Origin: Candidatus Zixiibacteriota bacterium
GTDB taxonomy: Bacteria > Zixibacteria > MSB-5A5 > WJJR01 > JAJRUJ01
Direction of reading: 5' to 3'
Length of the DNA stretch: 64,000 nt
Assembly (NCBI GenBank): GCA_024277855.1
Contig: JAJRUJ010000113.1
Coordinates: 8,889-72,888 of the forward strand
Part shown: in pieces, positions 1 through 10,029 of the stretch
How positions within the stretch are numbered: position 1 is the stretch's first letter
Layout: the number at the start of each line of letters is the position of its first letter
Program-made: the position numbers and the translations under genes
The notes under the pieces: model-generated
What the model was told of the DNA's origin: nothing
Seen by the model: only the letters and a program-made list of their open reading frames with translations
The model's database searches: none

Positions 1-167
1 TTTCAGAAGGGGATACAGGCCCGGAAGGGTATCGATTTTTGACCATACTCTCCGGGTAAATCCATTACCGCCCACCCGCTCCCTCTGTTCGTCAAAACCT
101 GCTGTGCGGGAGTGATTTTCCGACCGCCCCACCAAGGGAAATTATCGGTTTTGCCGATAAACATAGT

Positions 168-1673
168 ATGGCGACCGGTACATTTACACCCATGACCGGC
201 ACTTGTGCTAACGCATTGGTCGTCGATGACGATCCGGAAATTATTCAGGTGCTTGCCGAATGTCTCGGACAGGAGGACGACCTGAATATCTATACCGCGA
301 CCTCCGCGATTGAAGCGACGAATATGTTGTCGGCACACCGTGTCGATGTACTCGTGGCCGACCTCTACCTCGGTGAGGGGTCGTCGGGGGTTGACATTAT
401 TCGCCGCGCCAAAGAGTTGAACCCCGAAACAGTCTCGATTATGATCACCGGTTATCCGACGCTGGAGACTGCTGTCTCGTTACTCAAGTTGGGTGGGTTC
501 GATTTCTTCGTCAAACCATTTGAGCTAAACGCGGTGCGCGGGGCGGTCCGTCGCGGGTTGGACCGGCTGCGGCTGACCCGGGAAAATATGCGACTCCGGG
601 AACAGGTCGCTATCTCCCGGCTGATGCAGGCGGTTGGTTCGACTGTCGAGTTGGATGAGATTCTGGAAATGGTGATCGGCACCGCATTACGCGAACTCTC
701 GGCGGATGCGGCATCGATTCTCCTGAAAGATGAGACCGGCAACGGCCTCGAACTACGGGGACTGGACGGGCGGGTTGCCGACCAAAACGATGCAGAATTT
801 CTTTATGGGCGGGATGATCTTTCCCGGACAGTGCTCCTGACGGGCAGCCCGAAAATTCTTGATCGCGGACAATTCGACATGTTCGAGAATTCCCCGGGCG
901 AGAGTCCCTCCTGTGTGTATATTTCGCAACCGCTGCTGGCCAAGGGCGCCGTTATCGGCATACTCAATCTTGTCCGACAGGGACAAATCGCAGATCTGAC
1001 CGAGGGAGCTTTCCGCTCGGCGGGACTGGTTGCCGGCCAGGCCGCGGTGGCAATCGAAAACGCCCGGCTGTATAAAAACCTGCACAGCGCCTATCTCGAT
1101 ACCATTGCCTCCCTGGCCAACGCCATCGAAATCCGCGATTCCTATACCCGGGGCCATACCGACCGGGTCCGGCTGGCGGCCGAAGCGATTGCGACCAAGC
1201 TGGGGTGGGATTCCGACCGCTTGTTTGATCTGTGGATGTGCTGTACGCTGCATGATGTCGGCAAAATCGGCGTGCCGGACCGCATCCTCAACAAGCCGGG
1301 GAAACTGACCGATGAGGAATTCCGGATTATGCGCACGCATCCGGTGATCGGGGCCAAAATTGTTGAAGATGTCCCCTTCCTCGGTCCGGCGCTCCCCTAT
1401 ATCCTTTACCATCATGAACGATGGGACGGAGCCGGTTATCCCGAGGGGCTGAAAGGCGAGGATATTCCGATTGAGGGCCGCATCCTCTCGGTGGCCGACA
1501 CCTTTGACGCGATTATCTCTGACCGCCCCTATCGCAAAGGCGGGCCAATCGAGCGGGCGGTCGATGAGTTGAAACTCCATGCGGGCACACAATTCGACCC
1601 GGAGATCGTCGAGGCATTCCTCGAACTGCTATCCGAACACAATCTCACCTGGCTGCCGAGCAACCCTGAATAA
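168..1673 (+). CDS. Response regulator with REC-GAF-HD-GYP domains (c-di-GMP phosphodiesterase)
   Basis: Receiver motifs LVVDDD and LVADL; central GAF; HDVGKIG, HHERWDGAGYP, ADTFDAIISDRPYR. Start could be 168 or 192. Confidence 0.92.
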   Translation: MATGTFTPMTGTCANALVVDDDPEIIQVLAECLGQEDDLNIYTATSAIEATNMLSAHRVDVLVADLYLGEGSSGVDIIRRAKELNPETVSIMITGYPTLETAVSLLKLGGFDFFVKPFELNAVRGAVRRGLDRLRLTRENMRLREQVAISRLMQAVGSTVELDEILEMVIGTALRELSADAASILLKDETGNGLELRGLDGRVADQNDAEFLYGRDDLSRTVLLTGSPKILDRGQFDMFENSPGESPSCVYISQPLLAKGAVIGILNLVRQGQIADLTEGAFRSAGLVAGQAAVAIENARLYKNLHSAYLDTIASLANAIEIRDSYTRGHTDRVRLAAEAIATKLGWDSDRLFDLWMCCTLHDVGKIGVPDRILNKPGKLTDEEFRIMRTHPVIGAKIVEDVPFLGPALPYILYHHERWDGAGYPEGLKGEDIPIEGRILSVADTFDAIISDRPYRKGGPIERAVDELKLHAGTQFDPEIVEAFLELLSEHNLTWLPSNPE

Positions 1674-1796
1674 TCAGTATCTTTTCCCCTAAATATTACT
1701 GCGTGACCCGTGCGTCCGGGTGGTGTATTATACGCTGGTTGCGGGAGAACAGACTCGCGGTCTCAAGCGCGTCCGCCCGGCAATAAACTGGTTGCG

Positions 1797-3692
1797 ATGA
1801 AGCAAAAAAAACAAAAGAAAGCCGTCACCGGGCAGCGCAAGCCGGGAAGGGCAAGCCATTCCACGATCATCCTGTGGGCGGCGGGAATTATCCTGGCCGT
1901 CGTCGCGATTGTCATCGCCGCTTCCGGCACCCCGTTTTTTCAGGACGATGCGTATATCTCCTTTCGTTTTGTGCACAACTATCTTGCCGGCGAGGGCCTG
2001 GTTTTCAATTATGGCGAACAAGTCGAGGGATATACGAATTTCCTCTGGGTCATCCTGCTGACCTTGAGCGCAAAACTCGGTTTCAAACTGGAATCGGCGG
2101 CCCGCTGGCTGGGGATAATTTTCTCCGGCGGGACAGTGATCGTCGCGGTGTTTTTGGCGCGCCGGGTGCTAAAAGGTTTTTCTCGTCGCTGGACGCTCGC
2201 CGGGTCGGTTGCGGTCGGGTTTTGGGTGGCGGTCAATCCGGCAATGGAATACTGGTCGGTGGCCGGGCTGGAAACGGCGATGTTTGCCTTCTTGGTTACC
2301 TTGACCCTTGAACGTCTGCTGGCCGGTTCACCAGTCTGCTGGAGTGTGGCCGTGCTGGCCACCCTGACCCGGCCGGAGGGCGGGTTATTATTCGTCCTGT
2401 GCTATGCCTGGTACCTGCTACGACAGCCGCAAACCATCACCGCACGCTGGATGAAGCCGCTTTTATATTACGTCCTGCCGTTGCTGCCGTTCGCCGCGTT
2501 CAAATTCATGTATTACGGTTCGATTTTCCCCAACCCATTTTACGCCAAGACCGGGTTCTCTCCGGAGTATTGGCAGAGCGGGCTTCAATACTGTTGGTTA
2601 TACTTGCAGCACTTCGGCCTTTGGGGGGTCTTGCCGGTCATGATCGTGATCGGACTGGTCCGCAGCGGGTGGAGATCGCCGGTCGGGCTGGCGGCCGGTT
2701 TCTGGCTGGTCTACACGTTGTATGTCATTTCCGTCGGGGGCGACGTTTTGCGGGCGCATCGCTTTTTTGTGCCGATCTGGCCGGTTTTCTCAATCGCGGC
2801 GGTCGCCGGTTTCCTGATGTTGTTGCGTTTGTTCAAACCAAAGACAGTTATTTTCGGCGGGGCATGTGTGGTCCTGCTTGGCGTCGGGATATATCAGAAA
2901 TTGTATTCTGCGGAATACTTCGCCTACTCACGCCGACTTGAGTTGGGCATCGTTGAGAAGATGCGGACGGTGGCCTCGCTGTTGAAACAAACCGACAACC
3001 GGAGGTTTTCGATCGCGGTATCGACAATCGGCCGCCTCGGGTATGACCTGCCCGGTCAGACGGTGATCGATATGCTGGGCCTGACCGACTCCACCGTCGC
3101 CAAACATCCCGAAAAAATCCCGGGAATGCAGACGACCTGGCGGGAAAGGCATTTCAACGCGGGATACGTCCTTTCGCGCGATCCCGATTACATCCTGTTT
3201 TCGACCGGGTACAAACCATCCGCCCCGGCCGAACGGGCGTTGGTGCTGCACTCGAAATTCCGGCAGAACTATTATGTCGCCCTCTACCCCGCGCCGCGTC
3301 TAAACCGCAACCTGGCGGTATATAAACGCAAGGGCGATTTTAATAAACCAGATTCGGTCTGGCCCGATCTGCAACTGGCCAACGACTTCAACGATGGGAT
3401 GAATTATCTTATCGCGCAAAAGACCCAGGATGCCATGGACACTTTCAATCGGATGCTGGTTAACGGCCCGAAGGATTACTCCATGCCCTACAATTGGCTG
3501 GCCCTTGTGTATATGCGTTCACAACGCTTTTCGGAAGCGCTGGCTTACGCTGATTCGGCCCTGCAAATCAACCCCTACTCTGTTTCGGCGCTGACTTCTC
3601 AATACGATATCCTGATGACGATAGGCGATACCGCCCAGGCAAAGAAAGTCGGGGTGCGGATTGCCCGGATCTGCCCCTGGTTGGCGCGCTGA
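1797..3692 (+). CDS. Polytopic membrane GT-C-like glycosyltransferase with C-terminal TPR
   Basis: DDAYISFR, GLVFN.GE.VEGYTNFLW, TRPEG and PNPFYAK motifs; multiple TM segments; TPR-like tail. ATG 1797 preferred to GTG 1710. Confidence 0.75.
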   Translation: MKQKKQKKAVTGQRKPGRASHSTIILWAAGIILAVVAIVIAASGTPFFQDDAYISFRFVHNYLAGEGLVFNYGEQVEGYTNFLWVILLTLSAKLGFKLESAARWLGIIFSGGTVIVAVFLARRVLKGFSRRWTLAGSVAVGFWVAVNPAMEYWSVAGLETAMFAFLVTLTLERLLAGSPVCWSVAVLATLTRPEGGLLFVLCYAWYLLRQPQTITARWMKPLLYYVLPLLPFAAFKFMYYGSIFPNPFYAKTGFSPEYWQSGLQYCWLYLQHFGLWGVLPVMIVIGLVRSGWRSPVGLAAGFWLVYTLYVISVGGDVLRAHRFFVPIWPVFSIAAVAGFLMLLRLFKPKTVIFGGACVVLLGVGIYQKLYSAEYFAYSRRLELGIVEKMRTVASLLKQTDNRRFSIAVSTIGRLGYDLPGQTVIDMLGLTDSTVAKHPEKIPGMQTTWRERHFNAGYVLSRDPDYILFSTGYKPSAPAERALVLHSKFRQNYYVALYPAPRLNRNLAVYKRKGDFNKPDSVWPDLQLANDFNDGMNYLIAQKTQDAMDTFNRMLVNGPKDYSMPYNWLALVYMRSQRFSEALAYADSALQINPYSVSALTSQYDILMTIGDTAQAKKVGVRIARICPWLAR

Positions 3693-3764
3693 GCCAACCT
3701 TGTCATAATTCTTTGTATAACAATGCCGTACAAAGAGGCGTCGGACGGCCCGCCGAGAAATTGG

Positions 3765-3794
3765 TTGACTTTTTCGTCTCGGATCGTATATCTA
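3765..3794 (+). promoter_or_regulatory. Probable sigma70-type promoter of tRNA-Gly
   Basis: TTGACT at 3765, then TATATCTA 16-18 nt later, just upstream of the tRNA. Confidence 0.5.
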
Positions 3795-3804
3795 AAAGCA
3801 GAGT

Positions 3805-3881
3805 GCGGGAATAGCTCAGCTGGCTAGAGCACCACCTTGCCAAGGTGGATGTCGCGGGTTCGAACCCCGTTTCCCGCTCCA
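3805..3881 (+). tRNA. tRNA-Gly(GCC)
   Basis: GCGGGAA/TTCCCGC acceptor stem, anticodon arm CCACC-TTGCCAA-GGTGG, GGTTCGAACCC T-arm, encoded CCA. Confidence 0.97.
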
Positions 3882-3887
3882 AATTTA

Positions 3888-3918
3888 GCCCCGGGTCAAT
3901 GGCCCGGGGTATTTATTT
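3888..3918 (+). terminator. Intrinsic terminator after tRNA
   Basis: CCCCGGGTC..GGCCCGGGG hairpin followed by TATTTATTT. Confidence 0.7.
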
Positions 3919-4428
3919 GTAATCGTGACGGCAATTCGTGCCGTAACTGGGACTTTATCTTCGCTAAAACACCTGTGAAACGGCCATAATTTATTGTCTA
4001 ATAATACATTGCTGGCATTTTGTTTGATCACATCGACAAAAATAGGAACATGTATACAATATATAAAGTATATGCAAACACTTTACATATCGTGATCTGC
4101 ATTTTTGGATCGGCTCGCGTTGATGCTAAACAACATTCTGAAATACCATGCACTCCCCTTCCCGGCCTTGCTTACCAACTCGGATTGATCTTGACCAACT
4201 CACTGACATCCTGTATCTTGTTATAGTTAGGATCGACCACGGAATTATTACCTGCCGAGGAGGGTAACATGGCAGTCAGATTCCGACTCCTTTCTGGAAT
4301 TCCACTGAATATCCTAGTGCATACCCACCTTTCGTCTATGAATCCAATGACCTTGGGCCGTGTGATCCGTATGAATAGAAAGGTACATCCCACATTGTAG
4401 CTTGTTACCCGGCAAATGGGAGTGAGAA

Positions 4429-5322
4429 ATGGACTATGTGAATCCGGAGAAAATATCCTTAAAAGATCACCCCGAATTCAATGAGAAGTGGGTGCAAGAT
4501 CGCATTGCCGAGAATCCGTCGATTCTATGTCTCGGTGATTTGATTCTCAAAGATCAAGAGCGTTTGCAACCGCGTGCAGGTCGGTTAGATTTACTGCTTC
4601 AAGATGCTGACTCCAATCGACGTTATGAGGTTGAATTACAGTTGGGGCGTACTGATGAGTCCCATATAATAAGGACGATAGAATACTGGGATATTGAGAA
4701 GAAACGATTTCCACAATACGACCACTGTGCAGTTATTATTGCTGAAGACATCACCAGTCGTTTTCTGAATGTCATCGGGCTGTTCAATGGATTTATTCCC
4801 CTGATTGCTGTCCAGATGATGGCATTGAGGATTGAGAATCAAATTGCGCTTGTGTTCACAACTGTCTTAGACGAGCTGAATCTCGGGATGGAAGAGGATG
4901 AAGAACCGGCTGAAATTACCGACAGGGCGTATTGGGAAAATGGGCGAGGCACAGTTGCCACCGTCAGACTTGCCGATATGTGTTTAGAGTTGATTCATGG
5001 CTTCGCGCCAGACCTTGAATTAAAATACAATAAGTTCTACGTCGGCCTCGCCAAAGATTCTCAGCCAAACAACTTCGCACTTTTTCGCCCTCAGAAAAAG
5101 TATCTCATATTGGAAGTCCGGTTGAAGGAATCAGCGGAAATACAGGAGAGGTTGGAAAATGCCGGTCTCGAAATTATGGATTACAAAAAACGCGACCAAC
5201 GCTATCGTATCCGCCTTACGACAACGGAGATTAAAGAAAACCAAGACGTCCTTGTCAAACTGATGAAAGATAGTTATGTCAATGGCGGTGGCATTTTGAA
5301 GGAACGTAATACCGAACAGTAG
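4429..5322 (+). CDS. PD-(D/E)XK (NucS/restriction endonuclease-like) domain protein with DUF5655-like C-terminus
   Basis: EKWVQDRIAENP..GRLDLLL..YEVELQ..IIRTIEYW; GGGAG RBS; visibly more AT-rich than flanks. Confidence 0.6.
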   Translation: MDYVNPEKISLKDHPEFNEKWVQDRIAENPSILCLGDLILKDQERLQPRAGRLDLLLQDADSNRRYEVELQLGRTDESHIIRTIEYWDIEKKRFPQYDHCAVIIAEDITSRFLNVIGLFNGFIPLIAVQMMALRIENQIALVFTTVLDELNLGMEEDEEPAEITDRAYWENGRGTVATVRLADMCLELIHGFAPDLELKYNKFYVGLAKDSQPNNFALFRPQKKYLILEVRLKESAEIQERLENAGLEIMDYKKRDQRYRIRLTTTEIKENQDVLVKLMKDSYVNGGGILKERNTEQ

Positions 5323-5373
5323 AATGATTTCACAGAATCGGCCGGATGGCAACAAAAACCCACCACACCACAA

Positions 5374-5575
5374 GCGGGCAAGCCCGCCCCCTACGGTGGC
5401 CTGACCCTGCGAGTCACCGGGTTACGGCACTACACACAAAACGGAAACGAAAATGGATTCCTGCTCACCGCCCGCCAAGGCGGGCCGCGTCGGGAATGAC
5501 ATACTGTTATCGTCTGCTGTCGGTCTTTTCCAGGTAATTGAGGCGATCCTTGAAACCCGGAGCGAAGCTCCGGGC
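5374..5575. repeat. Cluster of REP-like palindromes between convergent genes
   Basis: GCGGGCAAGCCCGCCCCCTAC (5374); TGGATTCC..CCCGCCAAGGCGGG..CGGGAATGAC (5454-5500); CCCGGAGCGAAGCTCCGGG (~5556-5574). Confidence 0.65.
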
Positions 5576-5595
5576 CACGCCAGCCCACCATTGAA

Positions 5596-7011
5596 CTATT
5601 TCGGGCAGATGGCCTCGATAAGATTGAGGCCGTTGGCGAGGACGCGATATTGCGGGTATTCTTCGGTCATTAATAAACGACCATCGCGGTCATAAACTTT
5701 GCAAACCAGATCATAGACACCGGGTTCAATTTCAAAATCGCCGACCAGTACCCGTCCCGGCAAAAGTTGAGCCGAGCGGAGGTCGGCGTTTTCGGTAAGG
5801 TCGGTGACCGCGTCGATTGCCGCTTTTTTCAACCAGCCCCCCAATCCCCCGGTGTCGGCATCTTTTTTAAGTTTGTGGGAGGCGAGGGCCTTGGCCACGG
5901 CGCGGATGATCGTGCGGACATAAATCAACGATTTGTTCGCCTCGAATGTTTCTTTCCCGACCAAGCCGACATCTTCCAATAGCGCCAGCCGGCCCAACTC
6001 TTCACCATCGGCAAACACCCGCACGTCACCGACAATCGAGGGCCGGGTTTCGAGACGCGGAATAGCAAATTTGAAATAATAATCGACACCGAGATTGAGC
6101 GGGAGATGCTGGTAGACCGCCTCCTTGCCGTCGGTGTCGGTGTAGAGCACCTGCACCAGTTCGAGGTCTTTGTCCGAGCGCAGCCGAAGATTGAACGCCT
6201 CTTTGCGCGGGCCAAGACCGGTCAGCGCCACCGCCGAAAGGATTGTCCCTTCCCGCGCCCGATACCGGAGTTCCGGCATGGGGAAATCATAAACCAGCGG
6301 TTGGGTATCGAAGGCCTCGACAATGCGATCATAATCGATGCGGGCATCGTCGAATTTGCCCACGGCGGCGTACAGACGCATACTCAGATAATGGGCGAAA
6401 GCATCGGTGTAGAACTGGACGGTTTCCGGTTTATATTCAAGTTTGACCTCCCGGGCATCCTTGTCGCTCTCGCGGCCTTTATTCAATTCCCTGGCGGCGT
6501 CGGCATATTTTTGTTCGAGTAACTGGAGTTTTTCGTTGACCCGGCGGATTTCGACAAAGGCCTCATCGAATTGTTCAAGGGCGATATAGTTGAGCGCCTT
6601 GATCAGGTTGATATAGAGGTCTTCGTAGTCTTCGCCGGCATACTCAAGAACATTGTCGTTGAGCAATGCCGAGGCCGCCGCCCGGGAGACGCTTTTGGTG
6701 AACAACTCCTGCACCGCCAGGTCGGCCTGCTGGAGGATTTCGTTGCTCGCCTGATATTCACCGGCATAATGCCGGGCCAGGCCGTCATCGATAAAGTAGA
6801 GCAGACGGTCTTTGTGACCGAATTTATTTTTTGCGTTGGCTTCGTCGAGTTTAACCACCGCCGAATCGTAGCGTTCGGCGCGGATGTCGGCGATTATCGG
6901 GTCGTAAAAATCCCGCCGGGTGGCCATCGACGAACAACCCGCCAGCAGGGCCGCGACAAGTAACAACCCTGCGGGAAATACTCTGATCAGCTGCGCACGG
7001 GGGGCGACCAT
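5596..7011 (-). CDS. COG3014-type TPR lipoprotein, usually linked to lpoB
   Basis: Lipobox LLAGC; YAGEDYE, AFVEIRR and TENADLRS motifs; directly downstream of lpoB. Confidence 0.8.
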   Translation of the reverse strand: MVAPRAQLIRVFPAGLLLVAALLAGCSSMATRRDFYDPIIADIRAERYDSAVVKLDEANAKNKFGHKDRLLYFIDDGLARHYAGEYQASNEILQQADLAVQELFTKSVSRAAASALLNDNVLEYAGEDYEDLYINLIKALNYIALEQFDEAFVEIRRVNEKLQLLEQKYADAARELNKGRESDKDAREVKLEYKPETVQFYTDAFAHYLSMRLYAAVGKFDDARIDYDRIVEAFDTQPLVYDFPMPELRYRAREGTILSAVALTGLGPRKEAFNLRLRSDKDLELVQVLYTDTDGKEAVYQHLPLNLGVDYYFKFAIPRLETRPSIVGDVRVFADGEELGRLALLEDVGLVGKETFEANKSLIYVRTIIRAVAKALASHKLKKDADTGGLGGWLKKAAIDAVTDLTENADLRSAQLLPGRVLVGDFEIEPGVYDLVCKVYDRDGRLLMTEEYPQYRVLANGLNLIEAICPK

Positions 7012-7611
7012 TTACGGTTTCCACTTGCCCTGGGAGATCCCCTTTTTGATTTTTTTGGTGCCGATCCAGACTTTTTCCATTGATTCGATATTAATCAATT
7101 CGAGGTCGGTTTGGTAAAAGACGACTTTCTTGCCGCCTTCCTGGTCGACGATGGTTTTGATCGCGCCCAGCAAGGCGAAGTCCGCCCCGGTTTCGGCCTT
7201 GAGTTGTTTCATTGTCGCCGCCGAGGCCCATTCCTGCTGATCGGTGCGTTCGCTGCGCAGTTCGGCCCGTTGATCACGGCGGGCGACAAACCGCACTTGC
7301 CCGGAATTGGTCAGTTCGCGCTCAAAATCCGAGGTGAATGTTTCGGTGTTGATATGTTCGGAAGTCATATTGCGGATAGTGCCGACGGTGACGACCGGCT
7401 TTTTACCGGCCGAGGCGACAAAGTCAGTGAGCCACGGCCGTCGGAGACAGTCGTTAATCATCTCTTCGGCCACGAGACGTGAATCGGTATCGTTCCACGA
7501 GCCGCTTAAGTCGGTCTGGGTGTTGGGTTCCATCCGGGTAACCTGCCGACCCGAACCGGCGCAGCCGACCATCAACACGGCCAACAACAGTAATACGAAC
7601 ATTTTCTTCAT
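7012..7611 (-). CDS. lpoB: Penicillin-binding protein activator LpoB family lipoprotein
   Basis: Lipobox LMVGC; DLSGSWNDTDSRLVAEEMI, IRNMTSEHI, GADFALLG. Confidence 0.88.
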   Translation of the reverse strand: MKKMFVLLLLAVLMVGCAGSGRQVTRMEPNTQTDLSGSWNDTDSRLVAEEMINDCLRRPWLTDFVASAGKKPVVTVGTIRNMTSEHINTETFTSDFERELTNSGQVRFVARRDQRAELRSERTDQQEWASAATMKQLKAETGADFALLGAIKTIVDQEGGKKVVFYQTDLELINIESMEKVWIGTKKIKKGISQGKWKP

Positions 7612-7690
7612 CGTAACCCCTCTCCTTTATCTCGTTAGGACTATTACAATCGGCCCTGGTGTTCGGACTCATTTCTCCCCTGCCGGAAGA

Positions 7691-7719
7691 TTGATAGGAA
7701 GAGCGGTGTGGGTTGTCAA
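7691..7719 (-). promoter_or_regulatory. Probable promoter of lpoB operon
   Basis: Minus strand TTGACA-N17-TATCAA. Confidence 0.5.
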
Positions 7720-7730
7720 TGGGAGAAATG

Positions 7731-7752
7731 CCCCCGGCCTGATGGCCGGGGG
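7731..7752 (-). terminator. Hairpin closing the phage-like cluster
   Basis: Perfect 9-bp stem CCCCCGGCC-N4-GGCCGGGGG, 30 bp past the 7782 stop; weak U-tract. Confidence 0.55.
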
Positions 7753-7781
7753 TTGTGAGACCTGCGGGAAGGCGAGGCGGA

Positions 7782-8966
7782 CTACCAGGAAAACTGCCAG
7801 GAGGTTGTGTCAGGCACGGTTATTTTTTTGCGGACGATGGCCCCGTCGTCATAGCGCAGGGTCATTTCATATTTTGCACCGCCCGGGGTCAGGGCGGCCG
7901 AGGGATAGACATCCAGGTACCAGTAGCCGGTCGAATCGGAAGTCGTCGATTTCTCGAATGGTGAGACAACGATATCGGCATAACGCACCGGAACCGATAT
8001 CATCCGCGTCGCTATGGTCACGCCTTCGATTGCCGTGCCGGTGAGATCATAAACCCAGCCGTAAACACGGCACAACTCCGGATCGACCGGCGATCCCGGA
8101 TCGAACACTGTCGCCCAAATCGTATCACGGAGACTGTCGCCGGAAACTGCAATCCCGATCGCCGGGGTCGTGAATTGGTAGTTGTTGGCAGTGGCATAGA
8201 TATCGTAACCGACGTCGTTCAAAGTCATCGACGCCCAACCGTCGGCCCCGGTGATACACTCATGTTTTTTGGTCTGGTCGGCAGCAAGTTTGACTGTCAG
8301 ATGGACACCTTCGATAGAACCGGTGTCGGCATCATCGAGCACCAGGAGGCGGACAGGGGTAGGACCGGGACCGGTCGTGCTCTGGTAATCGGACTTGGTG
8401 GCATCGCGGGCGCCGTCGACATCGAGGACAATCGCCGAATCGACCGCCCGCCGAACTACGTTACTGTCGGTGCGAGCGAACGTATTAACCAGCGCGCCGC
8501 CCATAACCGTCGGACTGCCGCCATAACCGGCGACATTTTTATTCCAGATGTCGGTCACGGCTTGGCTTGAGATTCCCATTTCATTGTTTCGGCCAACCGG
8601 ACCGCCGTCAACCACGGTATAGGAATAGGTTATATGAGGGTTTCGCCCGGACACGCCGTATGTACGCACCTGTACCCAATACGCCCCCAGAGAATCGACA
8701 TCGGCAGAACCTCTGAAGGAAACAGCATAAAGACCGGTGCGTGAACCGTGGGAAGACATCACCTTCGCTGAATCGAAGGCCCGCCCGTTATAAAAGCGGA
8801 CCGCCCAGGCCGAATCGCAGTCGGCAGCGTTGCCCAGCGTATCGTTTACCGCAAAGGTGACATAAATCGTGTCGGTGTCGGCATCGCCGACGATGGCGGG
8901 AGTGACCCCGGCCAGCGCGGGCGGAATAATGGCAACTAACAGCAAAATCGTGGCGAGGATTTTCAT
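7782..8966 (-). CDS. Secreted beta-sandwich protein with carboxypeptidase-regulatory-like and phage structural-like C-terminal domains
   Basis: Signal peptide MKILATILLLVAIIPPALA; beta-rich; CRVYGWVYDLTG.AIEGVTI..TSDSTGYWYLDV; ATGA overlap with upstream gene. Confidence 0.6.
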   Translation of the reverse strand: MKILATILLLVAIIPPALAGVTPAIVGDADTDTIYVTFAVNDTLGNAADCDSAWAVRFYNGRAFDSAKVMSSHGSRTGLYAVSFRGSADVDSLGAYWVQVRTYGVSGRNPHITYSYTVVDGGPVGRNNEMGISSQAVTDIWNKNVAGYGGSPTVMGGALVNTFARTDSNVVRRAVDSAIVLDVDGARDATKSDYQSTTGPGPTPVRLLVLDDADTGSIEGVHLTVKLAADQTKKHECITGADGWASMTLNDVGYDIYATANNYQFTTPAIGIAVSGDSLRDTIWATVFDPGSPVDPELCRVYGWVYDLTGTAIEGVTIATRMISVPVRYADIVVSPFEKSTTSDSTGYWYLDVYPSAALTPGGAKYEMTLRYDDGAIVRKKITVPDTTSWQFSW

Positions 8967-9595
8967 TTGAGATACGCTCCCCGGTAGATAGGTTTGTCGA
9001 TTGAAGCCGGCCGGCGCACCAGCGCCGCCGTTTGACCGGTAAACGGCGCGTAAACCGAAACGTCATTGTGCAACATCGCCTGTGCAGTAAGCGTGTCCGG
9101 CCAGGCACCGAATGACAGCGACCTGATAAACATCGAATCGCCGACCGTATGCTGCTGGCTGGAGTATTCGAGGTAGATCCCGTCGGAACCCAGACCGCCC
9201 GGCGACCAGACCAGCAGTGCATAACGATTCCCGACGGTTACCTCAACCGACGTATGCAGGACAAAAGCATTCCATTCCGCATCGCCGCCGTTGTCGGGCA
9301 CCCAGACTGAATCAGAAGTCTCCAAAAGGACGAAAGTACCCGCCCCGTCGTCGGAGTAAATGGCGGCCTGGGCGCGCAGTTGAAACGTCGTATTGCAGTA
9401 GAGGAACGCCCAGACGGTATCAACTGCGCGAGTCGAATCGCATTCATATGTGCCGCCGGTGATATAATTTTCAATATCGCTCTCGGCACTCAGTTCTGTG
9501 GTATTGCCGAGAAAACCGGCCTGCGCCAGAATCGGCGAGGCGAGAAATAACGGAGATAGCAGTACAATAAGCGGCGTGATCTTTCTTGTTCTCAT
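8963..9595 (-). CDS. Secreted beta-rich (jelly-roll-like) hypothetical protein
   Basis: AAAGGA RBS then ATG 9595; signal peptide MRTRKITPLIVLLSPLFLASPILA. Confidence 0.65.
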   Translation of the reverse strand: MRTRKITPLIVLLSPLFLASPILAQAGFLGNTTELSAESDIENYITGGTYECDSTRAVDTVWAFLYCNTTFQLRAQAAIYSDDGAGTFVLLETSDSVWVPDNGGDAEWNAFVLHTSVEVTVGNRYALLVWSPGGLGSDGIYLEYSSQQHTVGDSMFIRSLSFGAWPDTLTAQAMLHNDVSVYAPFTGQTAALVRRPASIDKPIYRGAYLK

Positions 9596-9659
9596 CGCAA
9601 TTCCTTTGCAGCGGCACCCGGCGGCACGGACTGTCGGCGCACCAGCTTCAGTTGTCGGG

Positions 9660-9911
9660 TCAATTGACCGAACTGCCCTGCAAACCGGATTTTTGTTCTT
9701 TCTTGATCTTTTCAATCCATTCCGCAAACACCCGGCGGACATCGACCTCCGGGGTCAATTTGTGTTTGAATTCGAGTAGCTTCAGCACGTCGGCCAACCG
9801 AACATCCGGCGTTTTTCTCCCGATCGCCTCAAGGGCCAACGCCAACAGCTCTTCAATAATCTGCAGGTCCTCCGATGCCGCGGATTGCGTGGAACTACCG
9901 CGAGTCGCCAT
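9660..9911 (-). CDS. Small alpha-helical hypothetical protein (possibly small-terminase-like)
   Basis: Co-oriented 83-aa ORF with RBS and amphipathic helices; function speculative. Confidence 0.5.
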   Translation of the reverse strand: MATRGSSTQSAASEDLQIIEELLALALEAIGRKTPDVRLADVLKLLEFKHKLTPEVDVRRVFAEWIEKIKKEQKSGLQGSSVN

Positions 9912-10029
9912 CGTTGGCCTTTCCCGCACCGCGATTAACTGCGACCTGTTCGATAATTCGGCCCAGTTCAGGCGAGCGGCAAAACCCGCCGTCACAGACG
10001 GCCGTCCTTCCCGGATGCATCTTCATCAA

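Noticed and set aside
4172..4393. 73-aa minus-strand ORF in the AT-rich islet
   Set aside because: No RBS or recognisable motif; may be a remnant but unsupported
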